64,000 bases of DNA from Penicillus capitatus (Eukaryota; Plantae; Chlorophyta), in NCBI GenBank assembly GCA_965649825.1, contig OZ287706.1, positions 310,001 through 374,000 of the forward strand, read 5' to 3'. The position numbers and the translations under genes are program-made. Below, in pieces: positions 12,968-25,485 of this stretch. How positions within the stretch are numbered: position 1 is the stretch's first letter; every line of letters begins with the position of its first letter. The notes below the pieces were generated by a model. It ran no database searches and had not been told where the DNA came from. It saw nothing but the letters and a program-made list of their open reading frames with translations.

Positions 12968-14653
12968 ATGGACAACGCGTCGCCAGACGGACCGAACACG
13001 TCGGAGCAGGAGGGACCTATTGAAGTGGAGAGTGTCTGTATGCGATGCTACGAAAACGTGAGTCGATGGCGGATGAAACAGTTCCTCAGGTTTGTGGTGT
13101 CGCTGAAGGGAACGACGACGATTCTGACGACATCCATCCCGCACTTTCGCGATGTGGTGATCATGGCGTTTGAGTGTCCACACTGTGGCGCAAGGCACAC
13201 CGATTGATGGACAGTCTGACGCGAATGCACCCCTCTGTCGTTTCAGGAACAGTGAACTGCAGCCGATGACGACGTGTGAAGATCGTGGCGTGTTCTATCG
13301 ACTGTGCGTACCCGAAGGCCGAGCAGATGTGCTGTCACGTCAGATTGTGAAGTCGGATTCCGCGACAGTGCGAATACCGGAACTGGAATTCGAGATCCCA
13401 GCCACTGCCCGGAAGGGATGCTTGACAACGATCGAAGGCCTGCTCAGGTTGGGATGCCACCACGCCCATGCCGATTGTCTATGCAATGCTCCGTTCTCAG
13501 ACAAGCAGCTGCAGATTTGATGGAGTTGCAGGAGGAGAGACGGAGAGTCGATCCCGAAACGGCCGCCAAGATCGATGCCTTCTGTGCGAAGCTGGAGAGT
13601 CACGCCGAAAGCGAACGCGCATTTACACTCGAAGTGGACGACCCCAGCGGCAACAGTTTCATCGAATCGTCCTCCTTCTCCGCCGAAGCAGATGACCTCC
13701 TGGAACGGAGCGTCTACGAGAGGTCCACGCACCAAACGCAGGACCTCGGGCTTGTGCCACAGAGTAAGCCGTGCCTTTCAGTTGCCGACGGTCTCCCGGA
13801 GAGAGCGTGAGCGTGGTATAGATGCAACAGGTGACGTGCATCACGGTCCAGGAGCGCAGGGATTCGCGCTGAGCGCCTCCTCTGTCTCTCAGGCAACGGG
13901 AGACGCATTTCTTCAACAGTACAGTGCGCCCGACGAGGTGATGGTGTTCCCTGGGAGTTGCGCCGTTTGTCAGAAAGAGACAGAAACGAGGATGTATCCA
14001 ACGAAGTCAGCAATCCACACCTCGTCGCTCCGCGAAGGCGTTGACTGTGCGTTTCTCAGGATCCCTTACTTCAAGGAAGTGATCATCATGGCGAACTCCT
14101 GCGAGTCCTGTGGCTACAAAAGCTCGGAAGTCCGTCCGGGCGGCGGAATCTCGCCTAAGGGATGCGCCATCAACCTGAAGGTGGCGGACAGAGAGGATCT
14201 CAATCGGGATATCATCAAATCCGACAGCGCAAGCGTCGAGATTCCATCTCTGGAACTGAAAGCTGGTTCTGGCGTCGCTATGATTACCACGGTGGAAGGC
14301 CTCGTCACCCGAATCACGGACGATCTCAGAAGGTGGCGGCGCGACACTCTCCCGCATCATGACAGCCGTCTCGCTGTGTTCGCAGAGCGTCGAGCTTTCA
14401 GCTGGGAGACAGTGCCGAGGAAGGCGCCAGAGAGAAGTTTGAATCGCTGTTTGCGTCGCTCGAGAGGCTTCTTGAGTGCGACGAGGAATGGAACCTCGTC
14501 ATCAAAGACCCGCTGGCCAACTCGTTCATCCTGCCGTTGACGGACGACATCAAAGAGGACGCTCGTCTGACGATCGAGCAATACGAGAGGAGCGCTGCGG
14601 AGAACGAAGAGTACGGTATCGATGTCCTGCAGAGGATGGATCAGGAACGGTGA
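12968..14653 (+). CDS. ZPR1: Zinc finger protein ZPR1, multi-exon with a GC-AG intron at 13195-13246
   Basis: Two ZPR1 modules: ESVCMRCYENG...IPHFRDVVIMAFECPHCG-RNSELQ and FPGSCAVC...IPYFKEVIIMANSCESCGYKSSEV; also TTIEGLL and DPSGNSFI / DPLANSFI. Confidence 0.93.
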
Positions 14654-14759
14654 ACCTGTCTTGACCTCTGTGCTGTCTCATTCTCTGAGTCGTCCTCTCA
14701 ACCCCGTCCCTTTCGCAGAACATGTGTACGACGACACGCGAGCCTGATGAGCAGGAAAT

Positions 14760-15900
14760 TCGCCTCGGGGTCTTCTCAGCGAGGAGTTACAGATTAGTGG
14801 AGACAAGACGCGGTTGTCGACAGGAAGGCATCCGTCAGAATTTCACAGAGTTGTGCCCGGAGAACGGTTTTGCCGCCCACAGCGCCATTTTTTAACGCGC
14901 TCGGCCGCCTGCGCGGCTGCTTGCTGACGATCTCTCAACCGCCGCCTTCGCACGATATCCGACCTCCGCGGAACTGAGCTCCTCTTCCGATAGCGTTGTC
15001 GTCCTTCCTTCGTCTCGGTCCACAGAACATCCTGGCATTGCCGTTATGCGCGCTGGCAGTTCTTCCGCGCAACAGTTGTCCTTTTCTCCCTTCGCGTCAC
15101 TCTGCGTCGTCTTTCTCGCCAGCCAGAAGTGAAGCCGAGTAACGTTCGTTGTGCTTCAATCTAAACGCCACACCAAGCGCCTGGTTGTCGGAAGCACCCG
15201 GCTGACAAGGCAACTTATGATGACAGTGTAATAGATCTTCTCTGTTCCACCTTCTCTTTCGAAGAACTCATTGTTCTGTTCAGCACGACGGGTGAAGAAG
15301 GTTACACATTTCCGGAAAGAGAGAGCTGGTACAGGCGTTGGTCTTCCTGGCGAGACACCCACTTCTTTCTATTTTTCGTAGATGTCCTGTCGGAAGGAAG
15401 AAGCGGTGTCTCGAGCGAAAGGCGTTTCACAGTGACTGGACGTTAGTCCGAGAGCGTTTCTTACTAAGACACGTTGACTCAGAGTAGAGGATGGATTGTC
15501 CGGAAGCCAGAGCTACACCTCGCAGATGTATCCGACTGTCGAAGGGCGGACGCTGAGGACTGGAAAGCGACCGTCGATAACGGCACCTTCTGCATACTTG
15601 ATTACGTGTTCGCTGCGATGACCTGATTTCCCAAAGACTCAGTACTAAGGAACGTTTTTAAATCAACTGGCTTTCTTTCCGTTGTCGTTAACTCATTTGG
15701 CGTCTCGTTGTTCTATCGGCTTACAACAAACGGCAAATGTTTGCAACGTCGTCAACACCAAGGAAAGGAAATTTCTTTTGAGCCTATCCGACGCAGATAT
15801 GACGACATATCTGTAGATAGAAAAATCCATCGTCTGCGAGTCGAGTTCGTGCTCATGCTTTTAACTGAAGTGGTCATTCGTATGCGCCTTGGTCGACAAC
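14760..15900 (-). CDS. Possible unidentified multi-exon gene
   Basis: Exon-like open frames bounded by splice-like sites, e.g. DVLWTETKEGRQRYRKR...RQQAAAQAAERVKNG and EHVIKYAEGAVIDGRFPV. No full model or motif. Confidence 0.2.
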
Positions 15901-16423
15901 GGGAAACGTCACATCGACCTCCGTGACATCACCCGTCGTCTCTTAAGGCCTCGTGTGGCCGACGGCCACCTGAGAAACGGCACTGTACATGAATCACCTG
16001 CTCTCTCTTCATGCACACGTATGCTGTTCCGCCCTTGTTCGCGAAGTCGAACATGAGCGACGACAACCAGCGACAGCGTGCTTAACAGCGAGACGGTGGC
16101 TCGCTCGTCTCTTTGCTGCTTTCGAAACGGCACGTCTACTGAGCATATAACTTCGTATGTACGACGTCCGTGTGACACGGCTACTCCACGTCTTGTTCGC
16201 CCTTCAGGTGACTGCCGTTACCTGAATGACTCCGCCCCCTCATTTAACAGATAGTGTTGACACCGATCGTATTGCGGCCAAGGCCACGTCGTCCAGTATG
16301 CAATCGGTTTTCGAAGAAGCGTCTCGAATGCGCCCCCCTTTGTCGCGCTAACCCGATGCGACAGACCATCGGTCCTTAGACGTCGTTGTCGTCGTGCGCA
16401 TTTCACTTTTCGTGTCGTGCAGT

Positions 16424-18693
16424 ATGGCCTCGGATGACCTTCAGCATAAAGCTAAGGCGCCATCGACGGCTTTTGGCGACGATCCGTCGATCGCCTTGTT
16501 GGAACTCGAAGTGCTGACCGGCAAAGAACGTCGCGAGCGTTGCTTTCATCCCTCGGCAGAAGACGTCAAGCCACCCGCTTCTCAACTCGAACTCGAGACC
16601 AAACGAAACGACGAGATTCGGCAATTTCTGGCGCGACGTGTTTCAGCCGACGGAGAGGAGAACGCGTCTCCAGCATCGCACCGCCGAAAACGGCATCCCT
16701 ACGACGATCCGCCTGTCTATCGTTGCGTGACAGATGTACCGGGCATACCGTTAAGCATCACCTCTGCCGTGACCGGCGATCGTGTCTACTGCTCGATCAA
16801 TGAGCGAACGAAAAAGAACGAGGGCGATCTGCATCGAGGGGCACAGCACAGTATCGGCTCCTTTACGGTGGAATCCGTCCGAAAACAGATGGAAGAAACG
16901 ATCATTCGCACGCCGCCGCCGCCAGATGATGCCGAAATGGTACGTTCGTGTGGGGCGTCCTTACCGCGCATCCACACTTGGTTGTGGTTTTAGATGGAGT
17001 CGCGGCCGATCCAGCAGCTCTGGGTACATAAGTACGCGCCGCAGACGTTTTCGGATCTGGTAACAGATGACAGGCTAAACCGTGAGGTGATGAAATGGCT
17101 AAAGTCGTGGAAAGCAATACCGGTGCGCCATCGAAGAGATACAAGCAGTGCCAAAAAGCCCAATGCATCCAAAACGCCCAAAAGAAGTGCCGGGAAGACA
17201 TCGCCAGCTCCCCCCAAAATCACAGATTTCTTCCAAACGACATCCGACGCGACCGATCTCCGTCCACCCCATCGGACGCCATCTCCGCAACCAATCAAGA
17301 CCAGAGTGCCGATGCAGGGAGGCGCAGACCGTCGTGTGTTGATGCTCTGCGGACCGGTCGGCGTGGGAAAGACCTGTCTTGTCAAGATCGCCGCAAAGAT
17401 GTGTGGCTATCAGCCGTTCGTGATCGACGCTTCCCACGATCGCTCCGCATCTTCACTGCAATCGCTGCTGCAAGGCGCCCTCGATGCGCAGCCCGTTTTC
17501 TCGAGCAAACGACCGAACTGTGTGATCTTTGACGAAATGGATACGCTGACGCCTGGCATCGAAGCCCGTCAGACGATCCTCAAAATCATCGAGTTTATTC
17601 AGGGGGGCTTCAAAAAACGAGGCTACTTGAAAAGACCCATGATCTTCATCTGCCACACGCCGCACGTCTCGTATCTGGCGCCACTGCGATCCTTTGCCAA
17701 GATTCTCCATGTTCCGTACTGCAAGATCAACAGATCCCTCGTGTCAAGGCTCCAGATGATCTGCACGAACGAACACGTCGAGATCCATCTGCCGGTATTG
17801 CATGATCTGGTCGAGGAAAAGCAGAACGATATCAGTGCCTGTCTCCATCTGCTTCAGTTTCCGTTTAAACGATCTCCATCCGACGAGACGGGCACATACA
17901 CACAGCAGTCCCCTTTTCAGATCTGGGAATCCATTCTGATGCCCTTCCGCCAGAAGAAGGTGTCTTTCGTCGATCGCCTCCGGAGCTTTGAGCACTTTGG
18001 CGAATATGAATTGATTCTCAAGGGTCTGTTACGAAACTACGCGCATGTGCACCTGCAAGACCGTCGATTCTGCAAGAGGCAACGGATTGCGAGATGGATA
18101 TCGGATGCCAGTCGCATCGCACGGCATCTGCCAGATCACTGTCCCGTCCTGTTCGCCGCCATTCAGCACGAAGCGGCTGCATCGGACAAGACAGCCAAGA
18201 TCGAATGGCCAAGAGAAGATTTCGACGCCGCACGGCATTTCAATATGAACAGAGACGCCATCCAGAGTTTCTTGACAGAGCTCCACCCCAACGTCAGTCA
18301 CCTTCTGACAGAGATGGTGATGTGACAGCTGTCTGCTGTGTAGAGATATCTCCCGTGTGAAGCGACGTCCTTCGTGACAGACATCTTGCCGTACACGCTC
18401 ATGATCACGGGGACAGAGATGCCTTCGATGCATGTCAAGAATGCCTTAAGTGGCGAACACCGTCTCCGTCTCATGGAACTTCTCGCCCTCGCACAGGCAC
18501 CCGTCCCATCATCTATCAGCACCAAACGCACGGCAGAGGTCGTGGATGACCCATGCAAGAGGTCCTGTCACGATCGTGACGCCTCGGATCTCTAAGAGAT
18601 GTATTTCTTTTAACACCTGCCACATTCCACTCTGCAAAACCCTCCGTCGTCAGATCTGTCGATTTCGTTTGGATGACGTCATATCGTGTCCAT
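16424..18693 (+). CDS. CTF18: Chromosome transmission fidelity protein 18 (RFC-like clamp loader large subunit); 3' end uncertain
   Basis: LWVHKYAPQTFSDLVTDDRLNREVMKWLKSW, Walker A GPVGVGKT, DASHDRS, Walker B CVIFDEMD, LKRPMIFIC, and N-terminal ITSAVTGDRVYC. Confidence 0.88.
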
Positions 18694-18750
18694 TAACGGA
18701 AGCGAAAGTGGGCCCTTCAGGCATTGCTCGGTCGAGAGGGATTCGTTTGG

Positions 18751-19618
18751 ATGCTTCGTCGAATCGCATTGGTTGCGCGTCGCAGTTGCGGCGGCGGCGG
18801 CGGGTTTCCTTTTTCCCCGATCGTCTGCGCGACGCTCAACAAACCTTTTACCCGTTTCACTTCGACACAGAATTTTGAACCCGTGCCAAGCGATACGACA
18901 GATACAGGGTACCCCATTTCGGTAACGCCTTTCACTTCCTTCGCTCTCCCGACCGAAATCCACCGCCAAGACGTCATGCGATTCTTCAGTGCCTTCAAAC
19001 TCAACGATGAGGACATCGTGTAGCCGTAACTCACTCCCCTTATGCATCGGCACAATGCACGTCTAGGGTTCAGTACTCACAGACCTTCCGTCCGCAGGCT
19101 TGGTGGATCCGTTTTCATTCGGAGGCCGATCGCGAAGCCGCTCTTTCAATGAAGTCGCCCAGTTGGGTATGATCCTCTTGATCGGGCATTTGGATGTCGC
19201 CTGTGATCACAGGGCAGTCTGAAGATGGCGTTCGAGAAGAAGACAATCGGCGAGTGGAAAGACAGAACGTATAATCATCTGATGATAAAGAGCTACGGCA
19301 ATTCCATTCTTGTCTCCCGCTTGACATTCGATACGACGCCTGCCGATCTGGCCTCGTTTTTTCGCAGCTTCCATCTTCAAGGCAACGGAATGACCATGCT
19401 CGAAGACGTACGTCCACACCCTTCCTTCAGCACATGTGTGAGATGACCCGTTCGTTTGTGTGATGCCGTAGGCGCGTCGGCCGAACGTCGATGAGCAAGG
19501 ACAGGTTAAAAGAGCCATCGTACGACTGATTAGCAAACAAGAAGCGCAAAGAGCTGCACGAGCTTTGCACAGAAAACAGCTAAGGACCAATAGAGTCACT
19601 GTCCGAGTCTTGCAGTAG
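18751..19618 (+). CDS. Putative organelle-targeted protein with two RRM-like domains; 4 exons
   Basis: Basic transit-peptide-like N-terminus MLRRIALVARRS; WWIRFHSEADREAAL; ILVSRLTFDTTPADLASFF...AIVRLISKQEAQRAARALHRKQLRTNRVTVRVLQ*. Confidence 0.65.
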
Positions 19619-19691
19619 TCGCAGAGCTTTCATGATAAAAACAGCTTATGGATCTAACAAGAGCATTGGCTTGTCATCTACAAACGATCTG

Positions 19692-20954
19692 TCAACCCTC
19701 TCCATTTATTAAAGATGGATTCCGTCCTTCATCCTCGTCATCTATGTCAACCCCTTCATGTTCTTCATCCACCTCTGCTTTGCCATACACGTCCTCGAAA
19801 TCGACGTCCGTTTCGGCGTGCAGATCGAGGTCATAGAACACAGGGGCATAGGGTCTTGGGAGAACGGCGGCGAAGTGTACAGGGCGAGGCGTGGCATAGT
19901 CCGGTGCCGTGAGCACCACAACGGCGGCTGCATTGTTCGTCCGTTCAGCCGTATCTTGAAACTGAGGATAGTCCGGAGCACTGAACACCGTCACCAGCTT
20001 GCCATGTTCGACATCGTGGTCCACGGCATAGCCCATCATCATATCGACCATATCTCCTCTCTGAAAACGCGCATCTGGCCCTTCGTGGGCACGGATGATG
20101 AGCTTCAGCTGATTGACGCGGAGAAAAGCGTCTGTGATATCGGGACCAAACATGAGGCCCAATCCACGCGACTCGTTTTCCATCAGGCCGTTTTCTGACA
20201 CGGGATCCGACCACAAGACATCCGATACGAGGGGCGACACTCGGAGTCCAGTCGGTTCGATGCCGCCCTTGGAGCAAGATCGCAACATGTCCAGAGTACC
20301 CAGTTCCAGCGATGGCTTTGGCATTTTGCGTTTGCGCCTGCCGCCTTTGTTGGTGGCTCTGAACAGTCCTCCGTGGCAGACCAGTGTCTTCTCTTGCACC
20401 ACAATGGCCAACGGCATCGTCGCAAAGAGCTTCTTACTCGATGCATAGATCGTCCGATTCTGTGCTCGGCTGTACTTTGCCTCAACTTCGGCCTTGTATC
20501 CATAGAGCTCAGTCATTAACTGGGATTCGTGGTTTCCTCGAATGAGATACACTTTTGTGGGGAAGAGCACTTTCCAACAGACAAAATAGATGAGGGTTTC
20601 GAGTCCCCACGAACCGCGATCGACAAAATCTCCGTTCAAGAGAAAAAGAGAGCGCTCTCCCGGTACTCCCACAATATCAAACATGTGCAGTACATCGTGA
20701 AACTGTCCATGCGTATCGCCCACGACGGTCACTTTGGTCTCGCTGTTGTCGAGGGTAAGGTCGAGGACGGTGGGTTCGGTCTTGAGAAGTTTGGTGGCGC
20801 GTTTGAAGAGTCCGTCGATTTTGTCCGACGCAAGGCGATGGCGCAACGTCCCTATGCCACAACGCGAAGCTGCGTCGAGTTGGCGGCCGATTCGGGCGAT
20901 TTTTTCGACACTCAGGTTTTCGAAATCGATAGACCCTTCGTCATCGCTTGCCAT
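19692..20954 (-). CDS. PP7: Serine/threonine protein phosphatase 7 (plant-type PPP family), single exon
   Basis: PPP motifs GDTHGQFHD, GDFVDRG, RGNHE, HGG, plus PP7-diagnostic IRAHEGPDAR and TVFSAPDYPQFQ. Confidence 0.93.
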   Translation of the reverse strand: MASDDEGSIDFENLSVEKIARIGRQLDAASRCGIGTLRHRLASDKIDGLFKRATKLLKTEPTVLDLTLDNSETKVTVVGDTHGQFHDVLHMFDIVGVPGERSLFLLNGDFVDRGSWGLETLIYFVCWKVLFPTKVYLIRGNHESQLMTELYGYKAEVEAKYSRAQNRTIYASSKKLFATMPLAIVVQEKTLVCHGGLFRATNKGGRRKRKMPKPSLELGTLDMLRSCSKGGIEPTGLRVSPLVSDVLWSDPVSENGLMENESRGLGLMFGPDITDAFLRVNQLKLIIRAHEGPDARFQRGDMVDMMMGYAVDHDVEHGKLVTVFSAPDYPQFQDTAERTNNAAAVVVLTAPDYATPRPVHFAAVLPRPYAPVFYDLDLHAETDVDFEDVYGKAEVDEEHEGVDIDDEDEGRNPSLINGEG

Positions 20955-21116
20955 TTCTCCACAAAACAATCGTTTCTGACCGCCTTCTCGACCGAGACGT
21001 CTTCGTACAACCAGACTCGAACGCGCAGCGCCATAGAACTCAGATGTGACAGCTGTGTTGTTTTCAGTGGTGCTGCCTCGGAAATGCATCGCACACGTGG
21101 ACTGTTCTCGCCCACG

Positions 21117-21618
21117 ATGTCGAACGAAACAACAGGTCACGCCGAGACACGCCGAAGGACACGGGGAGCCGACGCGCTGTCTTTAGAGATCGATGCCTCA
21201 GGAAACTCGATCCTGCATCTCTACGCAGGGGGCGATCGAGTCGAGATTTCGCAGGAGGTATGGGAGGATATGGCGGCGGTCAATGGAAGAAATGCAGCAG
21301 GGGATACGCCATTGCACATCGCCGCGAGATATGGAGACAAACAGATCGTGGAGAGATTGCTGCAGCATGGGGCCAATCCCCTCGAACGGAACAATCGCAA
21401 CAGGACGCCACGTTCTCAGCCCAGAGTAGACTCCCCTGTTGTGTCGATTCCCTCGGCAGCTGTCACATCACGTGTAGATGGCGGCTGAGATGAAGGACGT
21501 ATTGGCTGAGGCGGAGGAGGCGTTTAGAGAACGCCGAAGGGAGAGAGATGCCCAGTTGTGGGATGCCAAGATGCGGGAGACCCAGACGGAGAGCGCGTTT
21601 GGTGTGGGTGTGCTTTAG
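21117..21618 (+). CDS. Small ankyrin-repeat protein, 2 exons
   Basis: DASGNSILHLYA and NAAGDTPLHIAARYGDKQIVERLLQHGANPLERNNRNRTP. A GT-AG intron leads to a short charged C-terminal exon. Confidence 0.75.
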
Positions 21619-22619
21619 TACGGCCAAAACCAAAACAATCCTGTTACAGTCACACAATCTCGCACGGATACAGTGATGTGACGTCGCTACTCGATGTCTT
21701 TCCTGCTACACGCCCCCGAATAGTGTCCGGCGGCTGGTTGGTTGGTCAAACTACATTTGAGTCTTGCATGCATCGGTCATGCAGCGACATCATAGCTGCA
21801 ATCGATGTGACAATACTAAACAACAAACGCGCACGGTGAGCTTTTTAGTCGTCAGGAAGAATCATGCACGAACTCTGTAACAACATGCGAAAACATGAGG
21901 GAGAAATGTATGAGAGAAAAGGTCGTCTCGATCATCTAGCTCATTTAACAGACAGCTAAAGGTCAATGCTCGGGACAGAAAGACGAAGAACATGACACAG
22001 CACTGCGTCAAAGCCAAAAAGCCCTGAACCAAAGCATTGTCCCTTGAACTGTCCACAAAAACGGAATCGTGATGATCATCCACGCAAAAAGAATGATTCC
22101 CACCATTGACAACAATACCAACAACGACAACAATCGTAAGAAGACACATAGACGTATATCGGGTACCGAGATACAGTGCGATCGATGGCTGTCCGATGGT
22201 CGATCGATGTGCCATCTACGATCGGAAGAGAGGTTAGATAATATAAGAGGACAGACGAACTCTGTCTGTATTCGATCGACCCTTGCTTGATTCCAATCAC
22301 CACTGCACCGTTTAAAGAGACCGATGACTGTTTGTCTGCACAAAAGACGGTAAATGACATATGGACCCCAGCAAAAAGCTCGACGTATTCTCTTGCAATG
22401 ACCCAGTTTCTGAAGAAAGATGAGCGAAGGGCGATAGTCGGTCGGTCGGTCGGAGGAAGAGACGTCTATCATCATCATCATCGTGGTCCATCAGTTACCA
22501 CACCCCCACCTATAAGAGTTGATCGTGCATGAAGAGCTCCCGTGACACCCAAACATCAAAAAAAGATACTCAGGAACGGGCCGATCACGCCTACACTAGA
22601 GAATTCTGGTCATCATCCG

Positions 22620-22760
22620 TGTTGATGGAAAGGAGAGTGTGTGAAGTCGATGGTTGGTTGGATGGTTCGATGATTGTTTGGGTGGATAGATGGGTGTATG
22701 TATGTATGGAGGAAGGAAGGAAGGACGGGTGTATGGATGGATGGCGGATGGTGGATCGGT
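22620..22760. repeat. Low-complexity GGAT/GGAA/GTAT tetranucleotide tract downstream of the DENN stop codon
   Basis: Imperfect runs such as GGATAGATGGG, GTATGTATGTATGG, GGAAGGAAGGAAGG and GGATGGATGG. Confidence 0.6.
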
Positions 22761-22770
22761 CAAACGGACG

Positions 22771-25485
22771 TCATGATCCAAGGGCAGAGTCCACAAAGGA
22801 CGAAAACATTTGCGTTTGGGAAAACTCCTTCATGAACGGCTGGTCTTTTTGGGGGAAGGACTCGATCAAAGACTCTTCCAACAACAAACGGACGCCACCG
22901 CCAGATGGGCTGACATCGGTGATGGTGTGTCGTTCCAGATCTGCCAGCAGTCCAGATAAATGTGCTCTCATGACCCCCAGAAATGCCTCAACGGCAATGT
23001 ACTCTGCCGACGTGACCACATGACATGGTCGTCGAGAGTACTTGCTGCATTCTTGCAACTTTTTGTGCCACGGCATCAGGTCCGAGTGCAACGACTTGTA
23101 ACCTGGAAAAGCAGAGGCCATTGGTGCGTTCTTGATCTTATCCTTGTACAGATTCACGCGAATTAAATCGGTGCAACGTTGCGCAATCTCTGGGGTCTTG
23201 TGCTGGATGCCAACAGCAAACGGAACAGGCGCTTCCAGGAAATCCAAATAACGTGTTGGCAAGGCTGGAAGAATGAGGGACTCCCACGTGAAGGGTCGAA
23301 GTAAAGGGATCAAAGCTAAGACAGCTGAGGTCAAGACGCCGATGTTCGAACAGAAGAATACTATTTGACGCTCGAACAGTGCGCCAGCTAACAGAGATAA
23401 AATATTATCCAGACTCAACGAACGACACAACACCATGATGGTCCAGGATCGGAGTCCAAATGCTGTCTCTTCCTCGATGAATGCCCGTTCTGTCCACAAC
23501 CCCGAGGCTGAAGGGGTTCTCCAATCCTGTGGAGTGATAAGCCGCGTATACTCAATGCTCTGAAGTCCCTCCTCTTCTGGAGTGAAAACGATTTTCTCTC
23601 CTGGAGAAGGGACTTTGAGGGAACGGAAATGGCAGAGGAGTTTTTGACAAGCAGGCATGATTTCATGCGGATCTTCGGACCAAGCAAGAGCACCTTTGTT
23701 GCTCTGATAGCGAAGAATTTCGCCTAGACTGGGGCTACGGTACAGTGTCTGCATTTTTGAGGAGTGGTCAAACAGGAATGTCTCTGAGAGTGGTCGAACG
23801 CGCTCTTGGGCATAGTAAGATGTGAGATCCGGCATAGAGATACTGGTGCAGAAACACTCGCTGTCTCCACTCTCTGTATAACGATGAGCACTTCCTGAAG
23901 GTGTCGTTGAACATGGTCTAGCTTCTGATGATAGATAAGCACTGTCGGATACACCCAGTATGCCAGGTCCAGTCGTACAGCAGAGAGAGGAGTCACTGTT
24001 ATCGTAGTCTCTGAAACTCTGTCCGCTGACACTCCTGCAATGATTCGATGGTCTGGGCGGCCGACTCTGAGGACATGTGTCGGAACGATGACTACTGGAA
24101 GCCAGATGCTCTCCGATGGGAAGTTGACTGCTGAACGAGTCTCTCGTACGGATGGGCATTTCATTGTTCGCTTGATGGCTTTCCCCATCCGACGCGGCAA
24201 CTTGCGTCTGGGAGCTGATGTCACTCTCTGGCGCCGGTACTCTAGGCGTGAACGTATGGAATACGTGAGGTGGAGGCGTCGGGGAGGCAGAAAACGCTCG
24301 GATAGCGGATGGATCGGGTGTCATGGAACGCAATTGTGATGAGCTTTTGGAGCCTAAGCAATTGAAGAGCGAAGAATCGGGAGGCAGCTTGACGATCTCA
24401 TTCATATAGTCGGAGATGCTATCCAACCTTTCAAGTCCTAGAACCAGGTTCAAAACCTACATCCATCCATGCCGCCCTCTCCATCAGCAGCATGCGGGTC
24501 GATGCATAGACCTCGCCTGAAAGTGTAATTCAAAAAAGGGATATCGCGATAGGAGGCAATAGCAGCGTGGTGCGGACACCATATGCTTTGAAGGCGACAC
24601 TCCAGTCTCTCTGAATTTATGCTTCACCAGTCCCGGTGGCGTATGGAGCATCTGATTGACGAGATAACACACACCAAACATCGGCAAGTCATCCCCTCCC
24701 TAATCTCACCACCCACGCACCCACGCTTCACATCGATCATCGCAAGGATCAAGCGAGGACGCACTTTCTGAAGGAAGACAAACGATTGGTCGCTGTGGAC
24801 AAAATGCTGCTGTCCATACACGACTTCATTCAGCGCACTCATACTGCATGAGCGCTTTAACAACTGTGGTGTGACACCGTGCGGAAAACAGAACGACACG
24901 AGCTGATCGGCCGTCATGTGCAACGGCTTGTCTTCCGGAAACTGATACAACAGCTACAGGCAGCATCACCATCACACTTTTCTCACACACTCTATCACCG
25001 TTCTGGACAGACTTGGGGTTTGTAGGAGGGCCTCGGCGGCGTGTGATTCGGTTTTTCAGATTGGACAGACGCGGAGGATACGTCAGAAGGACTCCGATTC
25101 GTACTTCTTGCTTGTTCTGTCGCACACACCAACAGCATCGCACGGTCACTCACTTTGTTGGTCTCTCTTTTCTCACCTCGACGAATGCTCTGGAGAACTT
25201 CTTGAATATCTGTGGTATGTGGTAAACCCTAAACACGCAGCACAGGGTCACACGCATCTAAGCAGCTCTGATGTCATCCATACCACGATGACGAGATGTT
25301 CAAAACAGTTCTCGGGCCAACTTAGACGCTTGTCTTGTACAGACCGATTTTCAAGCCATTCTTTCTAGAGGCCACGAGTTGAGCGTCGTGATGTGTACTT
25401 CATGGAGATGTACTTTTCGGCTAAAGTGCTCTTCGGGGTTAAACTGACATTGCTGGACGCCGTGCTTTTCGCGCTGGACGTTCAT
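22771..25485 (-). CDS. DENN-domain (Rab GEF) protein, multi-exon with a GC-AG intron at 24457-24516; start uncertain
   Basis: uDENN EHLVIVGLP, LVSFCFPHG, FGVCY, PRCYCLLSRYPFFELHFQ-VLNL; cDENN LFERQIVFFCSNIGVLT...LLRPFTWESLILPALP...LEAPVPFAVGI; dDENN FMKEFSQTQMFSSF. Confidence 0.88.

Noticed and set aside
19692-20954. Intronless PP7 as a retrocopy
   Set aside because: Exons of similar length occur in RME-8, CTF18 and DENN; no poly(A) tail or TSD.
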